The position numbers and the translations under genes are program-made. Positions 11,058-26,332 of a stretch of DNA of 64,000 nt are shown here, in pieces. Position 1 is the stretch's first letter. Each line of letters opens with the position of its first letter. The notes beneath the pieces are model-generated. The model was given only the letters and a program-made list of their open reading frames with translations, made no database searches and was not told the DNA's origin. This stretch comes from Octopus vulgaris (Eukaryota): positions 14,756,001 to 14,820,000 of the forward strand of contig OX597836.1 in assembly GCA_951406725.2 (NCBI GenBank), read 5' to 3'.

Positions 11058-11240
11058 CTTTCTACAATAGGTACAAGACCTGAAATTTTGAGAGGAGAGT
11101 CCAGTCGATAATATCAACCCCAGTACTTTACTGGTATTTTGTTTTATTGAAGCTAACTTCAACGAGATTTGAACTCAAAAAGTAAGGAGCTGGAAGAAAC
11201 GTTGCGAGGCATTTTGCTCGACGCTCTAACGAATCTGAAA
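11058..11240 (-). mobile_element. Old SINE related to family A
   Basis: AGTCGATAATATCAACCCCAGTAC...GATTTGAACTCA...CTCTAACGAATCTG; shares the alternative tail seen at 45047. Confidence 0.55.
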
Positions 11241-11603
11241 ATCCAGCACGCTTCTCATTTTGGCACAACGCCTGACATTTTAGTAGGAAGACAATAAGTC
11301 TTCTGTGCTTGACTGGTCGACCTTGAAACGTTGCAACTCAAAGTTTACCTCGAAACGATTTGAACTCTTCTCCCCTTAATTCAAACAGCACCACCATCAT
11401 TGAAGATCAACAACTGTCACAAAAACACCCTCATCGCAACAACAGATCAACACTCAGCGCAACAACCACTACCACTTAGTACAAACAATACTACCGTACC
11501 ACTAAGACTGACGTCACTTCCGTCGGCGCCATCAACACAACCATGAGACTTACCACCGATAACACCACCATCGACAACCACTAAAACTACCATCACCATC
11601 ACC

Positions 11604-11860
<257 letters not shown>

Positions 11861-12540
11861 TAAAGCAGTAACAGCAGCATCTCTAGCAGTGCTGTCACTC
11901 CTACTAGTACCATGACCAACACTACTTTCACCACTGACGTCGCCACCATCAACACCACCACTGCCATCCCCAACATTACTACTTACAGTACAACAGCTAT
12001 CGCTTGCACCACGATCTTTAAAAATACAAGAACATTACCACCAAAGCCACCACCATCAAAAGTACAACCAACACTATCACAACCACATCCATCACTACCA
12101 ACACCACCTCCATCATGACAAACTCTACCACCAACACAACAGCGCAACCACTACTACACAAATAACACGTGATTCCACGTCACGGCACGTCACTTCACGC
12201 CAGGACACGAGAATATTTCGTCCCCGACTATTATTGGAACGAGGATATATATACACATATATATAACATACAAACGACAGCAAAAAAAAAAAAAAAGGAA
12301 ATAAGAAAGGAAACGAGAAGGAAAGAGGTAAAGCTAGAACGAAAGACGATGAAAAATTGGACGTTTATCATCGTAAAATGGCGGCTAAATGGGAAAACTA
12401 GCTAGTTTTTAAAATATGGACTTCTTCAATCATAGATCTATTGGCCTTGCTCCTTCCGATGGATAAACATTCTCCACTTCCGTGATTACACACGCGCGTA
12501 CGCACGCATACACATATAAAACAGACGTGATTGCATAAAT

Positions 12541-12636
<96 letters not shown>

Positions 12637-12696
12637 TTGTATAACAAAAGCCAATGATATATATTCGTATGTATATATGTGTGTGTATAGACATAT

Positions 12697-12802
<106 letters not shown>

Positions 12803-13389
12803 TATATATATTCGAACATACAAAATGATATACGTAAACGAATGCAACGCACACTGTACACACACACAAGTACGCATACGTATACACACACACACACACA
12901 CACGTTCACACTGGGACACATGGACACGCCGTTCGCGAGCGCCTCGTGACGGACATGGTCAAAATGTAATTTATATTGGTTTGATTGGATAATTTCTTAT
13001 TTCCCGCCAAATCCGCGATGACACTTGAGAGAGCAGAAAGAGATTTGCAATGCAATAAAACTGTCATGGCGGCTTATGAACGTTCCAGAAGTCACTGCGT
13101 ACAGATATTGATGGCGAACATATTGGAGGGACGTGTGTTGAGGGTAGGGGACAAGGGGCGACTGTTACGGGATGTTGATGGTGATGATGACCTGATGGTG
13201 ATGGTGATGGTGGTGTTGATGGTGGTTATGAGGCTGTCAAAAGCATAACGATGACGACGAGAAAGAGGTGGAGGAAGAGGAGGGGAAGAGGCGGAGGAAG
13301 AGGAGAGGAGTAGGACGGTAGTTATGTTGGTAATGATTACAAGGAAGATAACTATGATGACGATGATGATGATAATTATGATAATGACG

Positions 13390-13583
13390 ATGGGAATGAT
13401 GAAAGTATGGTGGTGGTGGTGGTGGTGGCTGTAGTAGTGGCGGCGGCGACAGCCGTGGCTGTGGTAGTGTCGACGGCAGCGGTGGCGGTGGCGGCAGTGG
13501 TGGCCGCGCAGTGGCGATAGTGGTGGCGGCGCAGTGGTGGTAGCGGTGACGGTGTTTCTTTTGTGGCCGTCGATTGTGATGAC

Positions 13584-13643
<60 letters not shown>

Positions 13644-13870
13644 GATGATGGCGATGGGAATGATGAAAGTATGGTGGTGGTGGTGGTGGCTGTGGTAGTG
13701 GCGGCGGCGACAGCCGTGGCTGTGGTAGTGGCGACGGCAGCGGTGGCGGTGGCGGCAGCGGTGGCGGTAGTGGTGGCCGCGCAGTGGTGGCCGCGCAGTG
13801 GCGATAGTGGTGGCGGCGCAGTGGTGGTAGCGGTGACGGTGTTTCTTTTGTGGCCGTCGATCGTGATGAC

Positions 13871-13910
<40 letters not shown>
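13390..13910. repeat. Direct duplication of about 260 bp of GGT/GAT-rich sequence
   Basis: GATGGGAATGATGAAAGTATGGTGG...GTTTCTTTTGTGGCCGTCGAT occurs twice. Confidence 0.85.
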
Positions 13911-14260
13911 GCGATGGTGAGGGTTATGGTGGTGGTGGCGGTGGGGGTAGTGCTTACTTTGTGGCCGATGATCGTAATGATGTTAATGATGATGATGATG
14001 AGTGTAGTGGCGGTGTTGGTGACGGTGGTAGTTGTGGTATTAGTGGCGATGATGGTGATGTCGACGATGATAAATAAGAAGAAAAAGAGATGAAACGATT
14101 TTTGTTGCAGCTGCTGTTACGGTTTCATGAGTTTTGGGTTCAAATTCCACTGGGGTGGGCATTACCTTTTAATCCATCTGTGGGCTTGGTGGTATCCACT
14201 ATACTCAGAATTTCAGGCCTCAAGTCTTTTGTCTATGTTAGAAATTATTATTATTATCAT

Positions 14261-14790
14261 TGAGCGAGAGAGCAGTGCATGTCATCAAAGTGACACTGGG
14301 GTAAAATATACAAAGCCCAGTATTCCTCATCATAACTACCTCTCTGATAAGGGTACACCAGGCACATGCATCACAACCATATGTGCGCGACATCGTGATC
14401 TAATATCAAGATAAACAGCACATGACCTTGCAGGTGAGGCCCAGTTAGAATTTTCTTCTAGCCGAGTAGCCCATCCCACTCAAAAGGTCCCTGAATAAGG
14501 ATGCTGAACGACCACCCATGTTTCCAAGAATTCCTCTCAACACGTGGCTATGATGCCCCCCAACAACCACTACTTCTGCTTGTGATCAGAGATGCAAATA
14601 TTGTCAGCCACTAAGGGACATGATCAACTGGTTAAGGTCAAACAACTGACATGCAAATCTGTGGTATTGAGCAGAATATTTGCTGCAGCCCATTTTTTAT
14701 ACGAAGACAAAACAATGTACATGATAACACTTCCAATCAGTTCAGATCAGAAGCCATGAGAGCCACTCTCTGGTACTGCATCAGGGCATT
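14261..14790 (-). mobile_element. Unclassified (AAT)n-embedded repeat, copy 2
   Basis: Reverse complement of 10478-11034. Confidence 0.8.
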
Positions 14791-14820
14791 TATTATTATT
14801 ATTATTTTTTTTTTTTTTTT

Positions 14821-15470
14821 AATGGTGAGCTCAACTCTGGCAAACGACCACAACGTAAGCTGAGGAAAAGGTATAAAGATCGTGTGAAGAAAAACCTGAA
14901 GAAACTAGATATGATCAAAAGTGATTGGGAAGTTGATTCTCTAGATTGAAACAAGTGGAGAGTGCTATTAGGACTGGTTGCAAGCCTGGAAGGAAAAGAT
15001 GATTCAGCATTCTGAGCTTAAAAGGGCCTCTCACAGAAGAACAATTGGAACCGAAATCAACAGTGAATATTGGATATGTACTGTGCGTGATTGTGTCCTG
15101 TTGTCAAAAGCAGGACACATGAAACATAGGACGTCACATGAGAATCGAAATGTTCAGTTAGGTAATAATCTTGGGCCCCAACTGACTCTTATCACTTGTG
15201 TCATATGTCACAAAACTTGTGAGACAATATCTGGACCTTTAAAGACACATGCTAGTTCACAAAAGCATTCTCTCAGAATCAAATTCCAAAGAGCAAGGAT
15301 GTAGAAGAAGCTTGAATAATATCTGTCACTTGTGTTTTAAACCCTGTCAGTCAGCAGCAAGTCTTAAAAGTCATCTGAGGGTTTATCAACGGAGGGATTG
15401 TGCTGTGTGATGAGATGTGTGGTGTGTGTGTTGATGGGACGGCCATCATCTGTCTACATGAAGAAATCAT
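14821..15470 (+). mobile_element. RTE-type LINE 3' end with decayed C2H2 zinc fingers
   Basis: GELNSGKRPQRKLRKRYKDRVKKNLK...DWE...D*NKWR, then CTVR...HRTSH, CVIC...RHMLVH and CHLC...KSHLRV across frameshifts. Confidence 0.75.
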
Positions 15471-15529
15471 CACACATACATTCATTCATACATGCATATA
15501 TATATATATGTGTGTATGTGGTGTGTGTG

Positions 15530-15561
<32 letters not shown>

Positions 15562-15634
15562 TGTATGTATGTATGTATGTATGTATGTATGTATGCATGC
15601 ATGCATGCATGTATGTATGTATGTATGTATGTAT

Positions 15635-15790
15635 AGCGGAGGATTCACAAAAACAAAAGACAAAGACAGGTGCAGTAGACAACAAACACATGTATTAGTT
15701 AAACGCTCGGGAAGTGAACAAGTCTTCAACGTTTCGAGCCTACGCTCTTCTACAGAAAGGAACACAGTAAGAAACAAGGAGAGAAAAATA
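15635..15790 (-). mobile_element. Short Penelope-type repeat with variant hammerhead-like motif (15725-15758)
   Basis: Reverse complement TTT-CTGTAGA-A-GAGC-GTAG-GCTC-GAAA-CGT-T; homologous to 63678-63865. Confidence 0.6.
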
Positions 15791-16229
15791 TATAAATATA
15801 TATATGTATATATGTATATATATATATGTATGAATGTATATATATGTATCTATATGAGTATATTATATATATATATATATGTTCCTGTGTATATATCTAC
15901 ACACAGACACACACAAACGCACACACACACACAAAAAAAGGGAGAAATAAATGCACATATATGTAGACTAAACACAAACAAGTGTTTGTGTCTGTGCATC
16001 GCTTGCGCGAAGTTTATGTATGGCTATATGTACTTTGTTGAGTGTGTGTGAGTGTATGTGCGCGTTTTATTGGAGTCTGTGTATTCATGAAAGTATGTAT
16101 ACACGTGTATGTATAAGCAAATGTATATGCAAATGCATACGTTTGTATACCACTGTGTACGTATATATATATATACATATAGTTTTCTTGTACATATGTA
16201 TGTATATATGAATGCACGTATATATATAT

Positions 16230-16570
16230 ATGTATGCTTAAATTAATGTATGCATGTATACATGTATGTATTGTGTATGTATTATGTACATATGTATGTA
16301 TGTACTTATGTAAGAATGTGTGTATGTATATATGTATGTATGTATGTATTTTATGTATGTATGTATGTATGTATGTATGTATGTATGTATGTATGTATGT
16401 ATTTTATGTATGTATGTATGCATGTATGTATGTATGTATGTATGTATGTATGTATGTATTTTATGTATGTATGTATGTATGTATGTATGTGTGTATATAT
16501 GTATGTATGTATGTATTATGTATGTATGTATGTATGTATGTATGTATGTATGTATGTATGTATGTATGTG
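16230..16570. repeat. (TATG)n microsatellite
   Basis: Read directly. Confidence 0.95.
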
Positions 16571-17079
16571 TGGGGAGGGTGAATGTACGGAGGTATTTGT
16601 ATAAATAAATTGTTTTTCTCTTTCTTTCGGGAAGACGATTCAATCCGGTTTTGGATAAATTTAATTATTGAAGCCAAGCTAATGGTAACGACGATGAAGA
16701 GGAAGAGGTGGAGGAAGAGGTGGATGGTGGTGGTGTTGATAAAGATGATGCTGACGACGATGACGATGGTGGGGATGATGACGGTGGGGATGATGACGAT
16801 GATGATATGATGTTATCGACGACGACGGTGGTGGTGGTGGTGACGACTACGACGATGTGGATCCCGATGACGATGTTGATGATGATGATGATGATGACGA
16901 CGACGACGACGACGACGACGGCAACGACAATGATGATGAAGACGATATTGATGATGATGATGATGATGACGACGATGATGAAGACAATGTTGATGAAGAT
17001 GATGAATACTACCTCGACGACGATGACAAGGATGATGATGGTGATGATGATGAATTAGAGTCTGCAATAGAGGGAGCCT

Positions 17080-17550
<471 letters not shown>

Positions 17551-17834
17551 ACCAAAAGAGTGGGGGAAAATGAAAATACAAAGACGAAAAACGAAGACTT
17601 TCTGAGAGTGAAAAAGAGACTGTGAAAATGAAAAAAAAATATATGAACAACGAAGGAAAACCGGAAAGAAACAAAAGGAAGGAGGAAAGTGGAAAAAGGA
17701 AAAGAAAGCTCCATGAAAGAAAGAGTATAGTGAAAGAAATGAATAACAAATAAAATAAAATAAAAAAAACGTAGGAATGACTGAAATACAGATAAAATAA
17801 TAAAGTACTCCAAAAGACTGCACCTCTGTCAAAG

Positions 17835-17928
<94 letters not shown>

Positions 17929-17929
17929 G

Positions 17930-17979
<50 letters not shown>

Positions 17980-18148
17980 TATATATACACACATACATAC
18001 ATATACATATATATATATACAGACAGACAGATAGACAGATAGATACACATGCATATATATATATATGTATATATATATACATACATATACACACATACAT
18101 ACATATACATATATATATACACAGACAGACAGACAGATAGATAGATAT

Positions 18149-18199
<51 letters not shown>

Positions 18200-18816
18200 C
18201 ACATGCATATATATATATATATATACATATACATATGCACACAGGCACACACAACCACAAGCATGCACATGTATATGTATATAAGTATACACACGCGTAC
18301 ACATGCATAACGTACATAACGCACAGATGCATGCACACGTGGACATCCACGCGCACACACTTACACACAAAGTCACTCAAAGAACGAAAGAAATGAAAAC
18401 AAACGAACAAACCTTATTGCCACTAAGTATTTTTGCATCAGTGACTCTGAATATCAGCTGTTTCTGTGTGCCAGAGTATATTTTTCAATTATCGTTTTTC
18501 TCACCCTCTCCCCCTTTCTCTCTACACAAATACACATAAACCTACATAGACACACACACTCACACATACACATATATATTATGAACATATGTATACATAC
18601 TACCACCTTTGTGTTTATTTTGATTATTTTGTTGTGGATGCAATGTGTGTCGGTTTTTCTAAGTTCGTTTTTGGGTTCGATGTATGCGTGTGCTTCTAGT
18701 TGTGTACGCATGCGCCTGTGATTATGTTTCCGTGGATGCATCTTGGTATATTTTACTGCGTACGTGTTTGATAGTGTACATACATGTGTGTATTTATTTA
18801 TTTTCGAATTTCCTTT

Positions 18817-18903
<87 letters not shown>

Positions 18904-19271
18904 TATTCTTAACTATTATTTTTTCTTCTTGCTAATCTCCGTATTTTCATTTATTTATTTTTATAGCTATTTATTTATATTGGGACAACTTTCTTTTTTT
19001 TTTTACTGTTTTGGCCATCTTGTTATTTTTTATTACCTTATATTATTATTATTTTTATTTATTTTTGTCATTCTTCTATCTCTTCATTTTTTCCTTATTT
19101 TCTTCTTATTACGATATTTTTTCTTTTCTTTCCTTATTTCTTTCTTTTTGCATTTTCTTACCCTAATTTTTTTTCGTTGCTTTATTTTTTGCCTAACATT
19201 AATTTTTAAATTTTATTCCTGACTCTGGTATACATTGCTTCCATTCACCCTGTGCATACTTATATACATAC

Positions 19272-19321
<50 letters not shown>

Positions 19322-19422
19322 ATATGTATATGTATATATATATATATACATATATATGCATATATATAGTACATATACATACTTACATACATACATGCAT
19401 ACGTATGTATGTATATATACCT

Positions 19423-19465
<43 letters not shown>

Positions 19466-19546
19466 CGCACATACTGATGGATACATGTATATATATATAT
19501 GTATATATAATATATATATGTATATACGCACATACTGATGGATACA

Positions 19547-19594
<48 letters not shown>

Positions 19595-19871
19595 TAGGTG
19601 TGTGTATAAGAGTGTTCCTTCTCTCATGCTTATATATCTGAAGGTAACTATGGATATGTATACGCTTGTATGCATGCGCGCGGGCATGCGTGTGCGTGCA
19701 TGCGCGCACACGTATGGATGCATATGTGTGTGGGCCAGTGCATATGTGTGTACATGCATGTGTGTGTTTGCGTCATAGTTAAAAAAACAGGCCCCGTATC
19801 GTATCTTCATTCAGTATCGAGAGTAATTTGCTGCCCAAAACAAAACAACTACCGCAAATAAAAAAAATATT

Positions 19872-19910
<39 letters not shown>

Positions 19911-20148
19911 AATAATAATAATGATAATAATAATAATAATAATAATAATTCTTTTATTTATAAGAATACTAATAATGTGAAGAAGAAGAAGAAGAAGAAG
20001 AAGAAGAAGAAGAAGAAGAAGAAGAAGAAGAAGAAGAAGAAAAAGAAGAAGAAACTATAATAATAATTTCTAGTAAAAAAAGTGATAAAAGTTTTCTTTA
20101 TAGAATAATACATGAAGTTTTTTTTATTTAATAACCTTTTCTTCGTAC

Positions 20149-20185
<37 letters not shown>

Positions 20186-20372
20186 GTAATAATAAGAAGG
20201 ACAAGATAAAGAAGAAGAAGGAAAGAAGAAGAAGGAGAAGAAGAAGAAGAGGGAGGAGAAGCAGGAGCAGGAGGAGCAGGAGGAGGAGAAGAAGGAAATG
20301 ATGATGTTGGTGACGACACCGATGGCGACATCGACAATGACGATGACGGCGCCAACGATGATGATGATGATA

Positions 20373-20423
<51 letters not shown>

Positions 20424-20817
20424 TTGATGATGATGATGATGATGATGAGGAGGAGGAGGATGAGAATGATGATGATGATGAGGATGATGATGATGATGAG
20501 GATGATGATGATGATGATGACGATGATGATGATGATGATGATGAGACGATGTTGAAAAGAAAAAAGGAAAACAATAACAACAACAATAGCAACAAGCAAG
20601 GTACTTTTGGTGGTGGTGGTGGTGGTATCGATGATGATGATGATGATGACGAAGAAGGAAAATGAAGAAAATGGAGGAGGAAATGATGATGTTGAGGCAG
20701 ATGAGGCGAGGGAGGAAAGAGTGAGGGAGGTGAAAGGAAGAGGTAAGAGAAAGGAAAGGGAAAGAAAGGTGAGGAAGAAAAAAGAAACATGTTCAAAACA
20801 GCAAAAGCATACCGAAG

Positions 20818-20859
<42 letters not shown>

Positions 20860-21237
20860 AAGTAAGATGAAAAAAAATGGAGGAAGAGAAGATACAGAAA
20901 GAGGAAAAAAATATAAGAGAAAGACGACAGAAATGGAGGAAAAAATTGGATGAAAGATGTAAAGCGAAATGCATAAAAGAAATGGAGATCTAATCAAAAC
21001 TGTAAACAAGTGAGAATTTTTAGCACAATGGATGAAAGGGAAAGGCCCTTCTTTTCTTGCAGAAAATTTTTACATGAACGGGCGCATGCCGAGCAGACGA
21101 CATGTAGAAGTGTTGGTCGTTTAATCGGTTGGTTGGTAGATTGGTTTGTTGGTTGGTTGGTTGGCTGGTTTTCCTGGCTAGGGGCGATGAAGGGGGGAAA
21201 AAACATAGGCGGGCGGGCAGGCGGAAAAAGAGACTTC

Positions 21238-21269
<32 letters not shown>

Positions 21270-21611
21270 CGTTATTAATAATTAGGCAGAAGAAAGGACA
21301 GGAAGTGCCCATAGCATTTTTATGCCGAACTGTCCAAAAATTGAGGTAAATGAAAGATATAACTGGCTGAAGTTGATGCAGTTGATGTTTATGCTAGATT
21401 TGCTTGCATTGCTGAAAATGTACCTCATCCGCTTTCTCTATTTTGGACTCGTTCTCTCCCCCCTCTCTCTCTCTCTCTCTTTCTCTTGTCTTTCTTTATT
21501 CTCTTACCCTCTTTCTCACGTATCCCGTCTCCTTCATCTACCATCTGTATTTCCATTCTATCACTTCTTGCTCTATCCATTTTCCTCACTCTCCTCTTTC
21601 TCTTTCAGTGT

Positions 21612-21665
<54 letters not shown>

Positions 21666-21713
21666 ACACTTTTTAATAGAAAGATAGATACACACTCATA
21701 CATACAGATAGAT

Positions 21714-21754
<41 letters not shown>

Positions 21755-21878
21755 TACACATACGTCTGTATTTATGCGTGCATGTATATATATGAATGTA
21801 GCTCGGTGTGAGTGTGCGTGTGCATATATATATGTGTGTGTGTGTGTGTATACATACATACACACACTCACACAAACA

Positions 21879-22035
21879 CGAAGGGGTGCTGAAAGGTTCC
21901 TGGCTTTAAGTATATTGCGAAAGGCCTGTTTGGAGGCCTAATAAATGTGTGAATCTGAGAGGGGAATATGTTAAATAAAATCATAATTAACTGATCTTCC
22001 TGTATTTTCTTTAACCAGGAACTCTTCACCACTTG
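21879..22035. mobile_element. Possible mariner-derived MITE
   Basis: Imperfect terminal inverted repeats GGTGCTGAAAGGTTCCTGG / CCAGGAACTCTTCACC, TA at the right end; a related end occurs at about 54568-54616. Confidence 0.5.
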
Positions 22036-22098
22036 TATATAGTTTATCGCCTTGAAAATTTGTGAAGATATTTTTCTTGGCATGAAACCGATGGTAGA

Positions 22099-22838
22099 TG
22101 TAATACACAAATAAAGAAATAGTAATAAACACACCCTCCCACGTGGCGAGTGGTATGTGCTGCTCGCTATAAATACGGTGACGTCGCTCAGTATAAAGAG
22201 AAAGTATTAAGTAGACGGTCATAGGTAGTCGTGTCTTTACTGGTCTTACTTATTATACTGCTATATAAGAGTGGGCGTTATAATAATCCGACATTAAGGA
22301 TTAGAACAGTGGCGACGAGGAATTAACAAACTCACAAAAGTTTTGGGTTTTTTGTGCGAATTTTACGGAAAAAAGTCGTAGAACAACAACAACTGAAAGA
22401 GCAACAACAGCAGTAGCTACAACTGCAAGAACAAGAGCAGAAGTAACAGCAACAATTACTATTATAGCAGCAAATGCTGAATACTGAAAAAATGTTCTCG
22501 CCAGATTATGTTGCGAACTCAATAACAGAGTTTAAGTATGAACCAGACGAAGGAGTTACTTTCGAAGCTTACTATAGAAGATACGAACAGATCTTCAATA
22601 AAGACTGCAATGATTGGGACAACGATATGAAGATGCGTTTAATCTTAAGAAAATTGGCAGCAGCAGAACATGAACATTAGCGTTAAAACAATTACATTCT
22701 CCTGACAAAACTTCCTGATATAAACTGCAAAGATACAATTGACATATTGTGTACAATTTTTAGCGAGAAACGCTCATTGTTCAACACACGTTGGAAATGT
22801 TTGAAACTAGAAAAGAACGAAGAGGACTACATCACATA
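22099..22838 (+). mobile_element. Ty3/Gypsy remnant: putative LTR (22099-22308), PBS (22310-22321), gag fragment
   Basis: TG...CA bounded segment; PBS TGGCGACGAGGA complementary to the tRNA-Ser(GCT) 3' end; FKYEPDEGVTFEAYYRRYEQIF...LRKL...SLFNTRWKCL resembles K02A2.6/Mag-type Gag. Confidence 0.8.
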
Positions 22839-22878
22839 TGGCCGCAGTCACATGACCGATACAATTAAAACAATATAA

Positions 22879-23293
22879 GGCGGCGAGCTGGCAGAAACGT
22901 TAGCGCGCCGGGCGAAATGCTTAGCGGTATTTCGTCTGCGTTTACGTTCTGAGTTCAAATTCCGCCGAGGTTGACTTTACCTTTCATCCTTTCGGGGTCG
23001 ATAAATTAAGTACCAGTTACGCACTGGAGTCGATGTAATCGACTCAATCTCTTTGTCTGTCCTTGTTTGTCCCCACTGTGTTTAGCCCCTTGTGGGTAGT
23101 AAAGAAATAGGTATTTCGTTTGCCGTTACGTTCTGAGTCCAAATTCCGCCGAGGTCGACTTTTCCTGTCATCCTTTCGGGGTCGATAAATTAAGTACCAG
23201 TTACGCACTGAGGTCGATGTAATCGACTCAATCTCTTTGTCTGTCCTTGTTTGTCCCCTCTGTGTTTAGCCCCTTGTGGGCAATAAAGAAATA
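22879..23293 (+). mobile_element. SINE family A with duplicated 3' body
   Basis: One head, body twice; TSD ACAATTAAAACAA(T/C)ATAA on both sides. Confidence 0.9.
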
Positions 23294-23426
23294 ACAATTA
23301 AAACAACATAAAACTTAGCCATTTTATCACCGAGCAACGCTAGGTATCTCCGCTAGTATATACATATATTTGTATATGCATGTATGTGTGTGTGTGTGTT
23401 TGTGTGTTTGTGTGTTTGTGTGTGTG

Positions 23427-23504
<78 letters not shown>

Positions 23505-23805
23505 TAGGTATAATTATATCGTATATAACTAAGTCTTGAGGATAGGTTGGAGACCATAGTCCTTCGCAGGGTCTTCCGAATTAAAGGGGGCTTAGTGAGG
23601 TAAATATCCTCAAATGGACAAATGACCCGGGCAACTTGCAACAGAGTCGATCCCGATAACGCCACCTAAGACCCAATTTGTAATTTTAAATTGAGTGATG
23701 AAAAGTTTCCACACACACGCACACACATACACAAACGCCCGCGCATTTATTCTTTATTCTCTTAAGTCTTTCAGTCTTAAGTCTATGTTGGGGCACAGGA
23801 CCTCC

Positions 23806-24123
23806 CTTCGTTCATGAATGGTCATAGGATCGCACCTAGAAAGTTCCCCTCCGAGGCACAATTCCAGGCAAGGTTGTTTATGGAAGACCAGCAGTCACCC
23901 ATGCATATCAGCCTCCCCTCTTAATGCCGCCAATGTTGTCCGAGGGAAAAACAAAGGGGCCGATACAGCTTGGCCACAGTGATATCGCGACTCATTTCTA
24001 CAGATGAGTAACGAGAAATAGGGTGCCTTCCTCAAGAACACAACACACAGCCCGGTCCGGGAATCGAACTCATTACCTCATGATTGTGAGCTCTACGCGC
24101 TAACCACTAAGTCATGCACCTTC
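23806..24123 (-). mobile_element. tRNA-derived SINE, family D
   Basis: Reverse-complement head GGTGCATGACTTAGTGGTTAG...GAGTTCGATTCCCGG; homologous to 25908-26206. Confidence 0.85.
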
Positions 24124-24306
24124 ACACACTCATACACACACACACACATATATAAATAATATATATGTATAAGTGTGTGTGTGTGTATGTATCTATGTAT
24201 CCATGTATATATGATGCATATGTATACATGTTTGTTTCACAAGCGTGAGAGAAATATTTGTGAGCGCACGTGTGTGTGTTTGTGTGTGTGTGCAAATTCA
24301 TATATG

Positions 24307-24367
<61 letters not shown>

Positions 24368-24411
24368 GTATATTATATATATATATATGTATATATATAT
24401 ATGTATATATA

Positions 24412-24515
<104 letters not shown>

Positions 24516-24815
24516 CATTTGCATGTACACACACTTTCACACACTGAAAGAAAAATTAAACCGGAAGTTATATGACTCAATTCAATGTTTGAATAACTGA
24601 CAACTTGACATCCTAACCCCCACCTTTCCTTCTCACCCTGCTCCTCTTTCTCTGCCACTACCACCATCACTGTCAATATGCAATATTGCAGATATGCAAA
24701 TGATCTTTTCGCTTTCGCCCTTGCCTTACGTCTGTGTGTGTTTTCTAAGAGACCCTTGATGTTCCGTGTGTTTCTTTTTGTTTTGCTCCTTATTTCAATA
24801 TTAATACCATTAGGC

Positions 24816-24859
<44 letters not shown>

Positions 24860-24898
24860 CTGTATATGCATATATAAACATATATATGCATGTATATG

Positions 24899-24945
<47 letters not shown>

Positions 24946-24972
24946 ATATATGTATATATATATACATATATG

Positions 24973-25113
<141 letters not shown>

Positions 25114-25148
25114 GTATGTACAGATATATATGTATATACATATATATA

Positions 25149-25186
<38 letters not shown>

Positions 25187-25907
25187 CATGTATATATATG
25201 CATGTATATATATGCATGCATATGCTGGGTAAACGTTCGGTCATATTGGGTCAGGTGTTGAAGAGACTGTGTCAGAGGCCAAAGTCAGGGGTCACCTCCA
25301 GCAAAAAGACGAACAGACGAAGGGGGTGGCGAAACAAAAAAAAACTGAAACAAAAGTAAAGAAACAGCAAAACTAAAATGGCGCTCACGTCACGCTACGA
25401 AAATAACGCGTCGTGCCTCACTACAAATTTGACATGAGCTTGTGAAGCGGAGAGAGGCAAGGGGCGACGGAGATGAACGAAAAAAGGGGAAAAGGTTTTT
25501 TGAGCTGCAAAAACTATAATAAAATAGAAAGAATATAGCAAACCTTCATTTGATCCGACCTCGGCCTCCAGTAAGCGACGGCTGTTTGACAATCAATAAC
25601 AACACGACTAAGGAAAATACCTTAGACGTGAGTTTGGTTTTGCATAATAAATATAACTATGGCTATGTCTCGTATATGTAATACAGTGAGTGGGAAAATA
25701 ACTTTCGGTTAAATGAGATTGTCTGCATATGCAACATTTAGAAAATTGGCAATTTTTAAATTGCTGTTTAACGCAAAGAGCAACAACGACTGCGTGTTGC
25801 CTTTTCATTTCTTGTGTCTTTTCATTTCTGTCTGCTATGGGGCATCTGAAAGAAATTGTAACCTTTTAAGTAATTTTTTTTGAAGAGAGTAAAAGGGGTA
25901 AACCCCA

Positions 25908-26206
25908 CCTTTTGTCATGAATGACCATGGAGTTTCACCTAGAAAGTTACCCTCTGAAGCACAAACCTGGGCCGCACATGCATACCAGCCTCCCCTCTTC
26001 GTGTCACTGATATTATCCAAGGGAAAGGCAAAAGCCGATACAGCTTGGCACCAGTCACGTTGTCACTCATTTCAACTGCTAAGTGAACTGTAGCAACGTG
26101 AAATAAAGTGTCTTGCTCAAGAACACAACACAGCTCGGTCCGGGAATCGAACTCACTACCTCTTGACTGTGAGCCCTACGCCCTAACCATCGAGCCATGC
26201 CCCTTC
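25908..26206 (-). mobile_element. tRNA-derived SINE, family D
   Basis: Homologous to 23806-24123, with A- and B-box-like motifs. Confidence 0.85.
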
Positions 26207-26332
26207 TTTTGAAAAGAGTAATATACTGATAACTAAGTGTCTTCAAATACCCCTCAAACTTTGTGTGTGTGTGCCTGAGTGTGCGTGTCTGTGTATGTGT
26301 GTTGCGTGCGTGTGTGTGTGTGTGTGTACATG

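Noticed and set aside
21285-21430. Possible host coding exon
   Set aside because: No recognisable protein or convincing splice context; small exons elsewhere cannot be excluded without RNA-seq.
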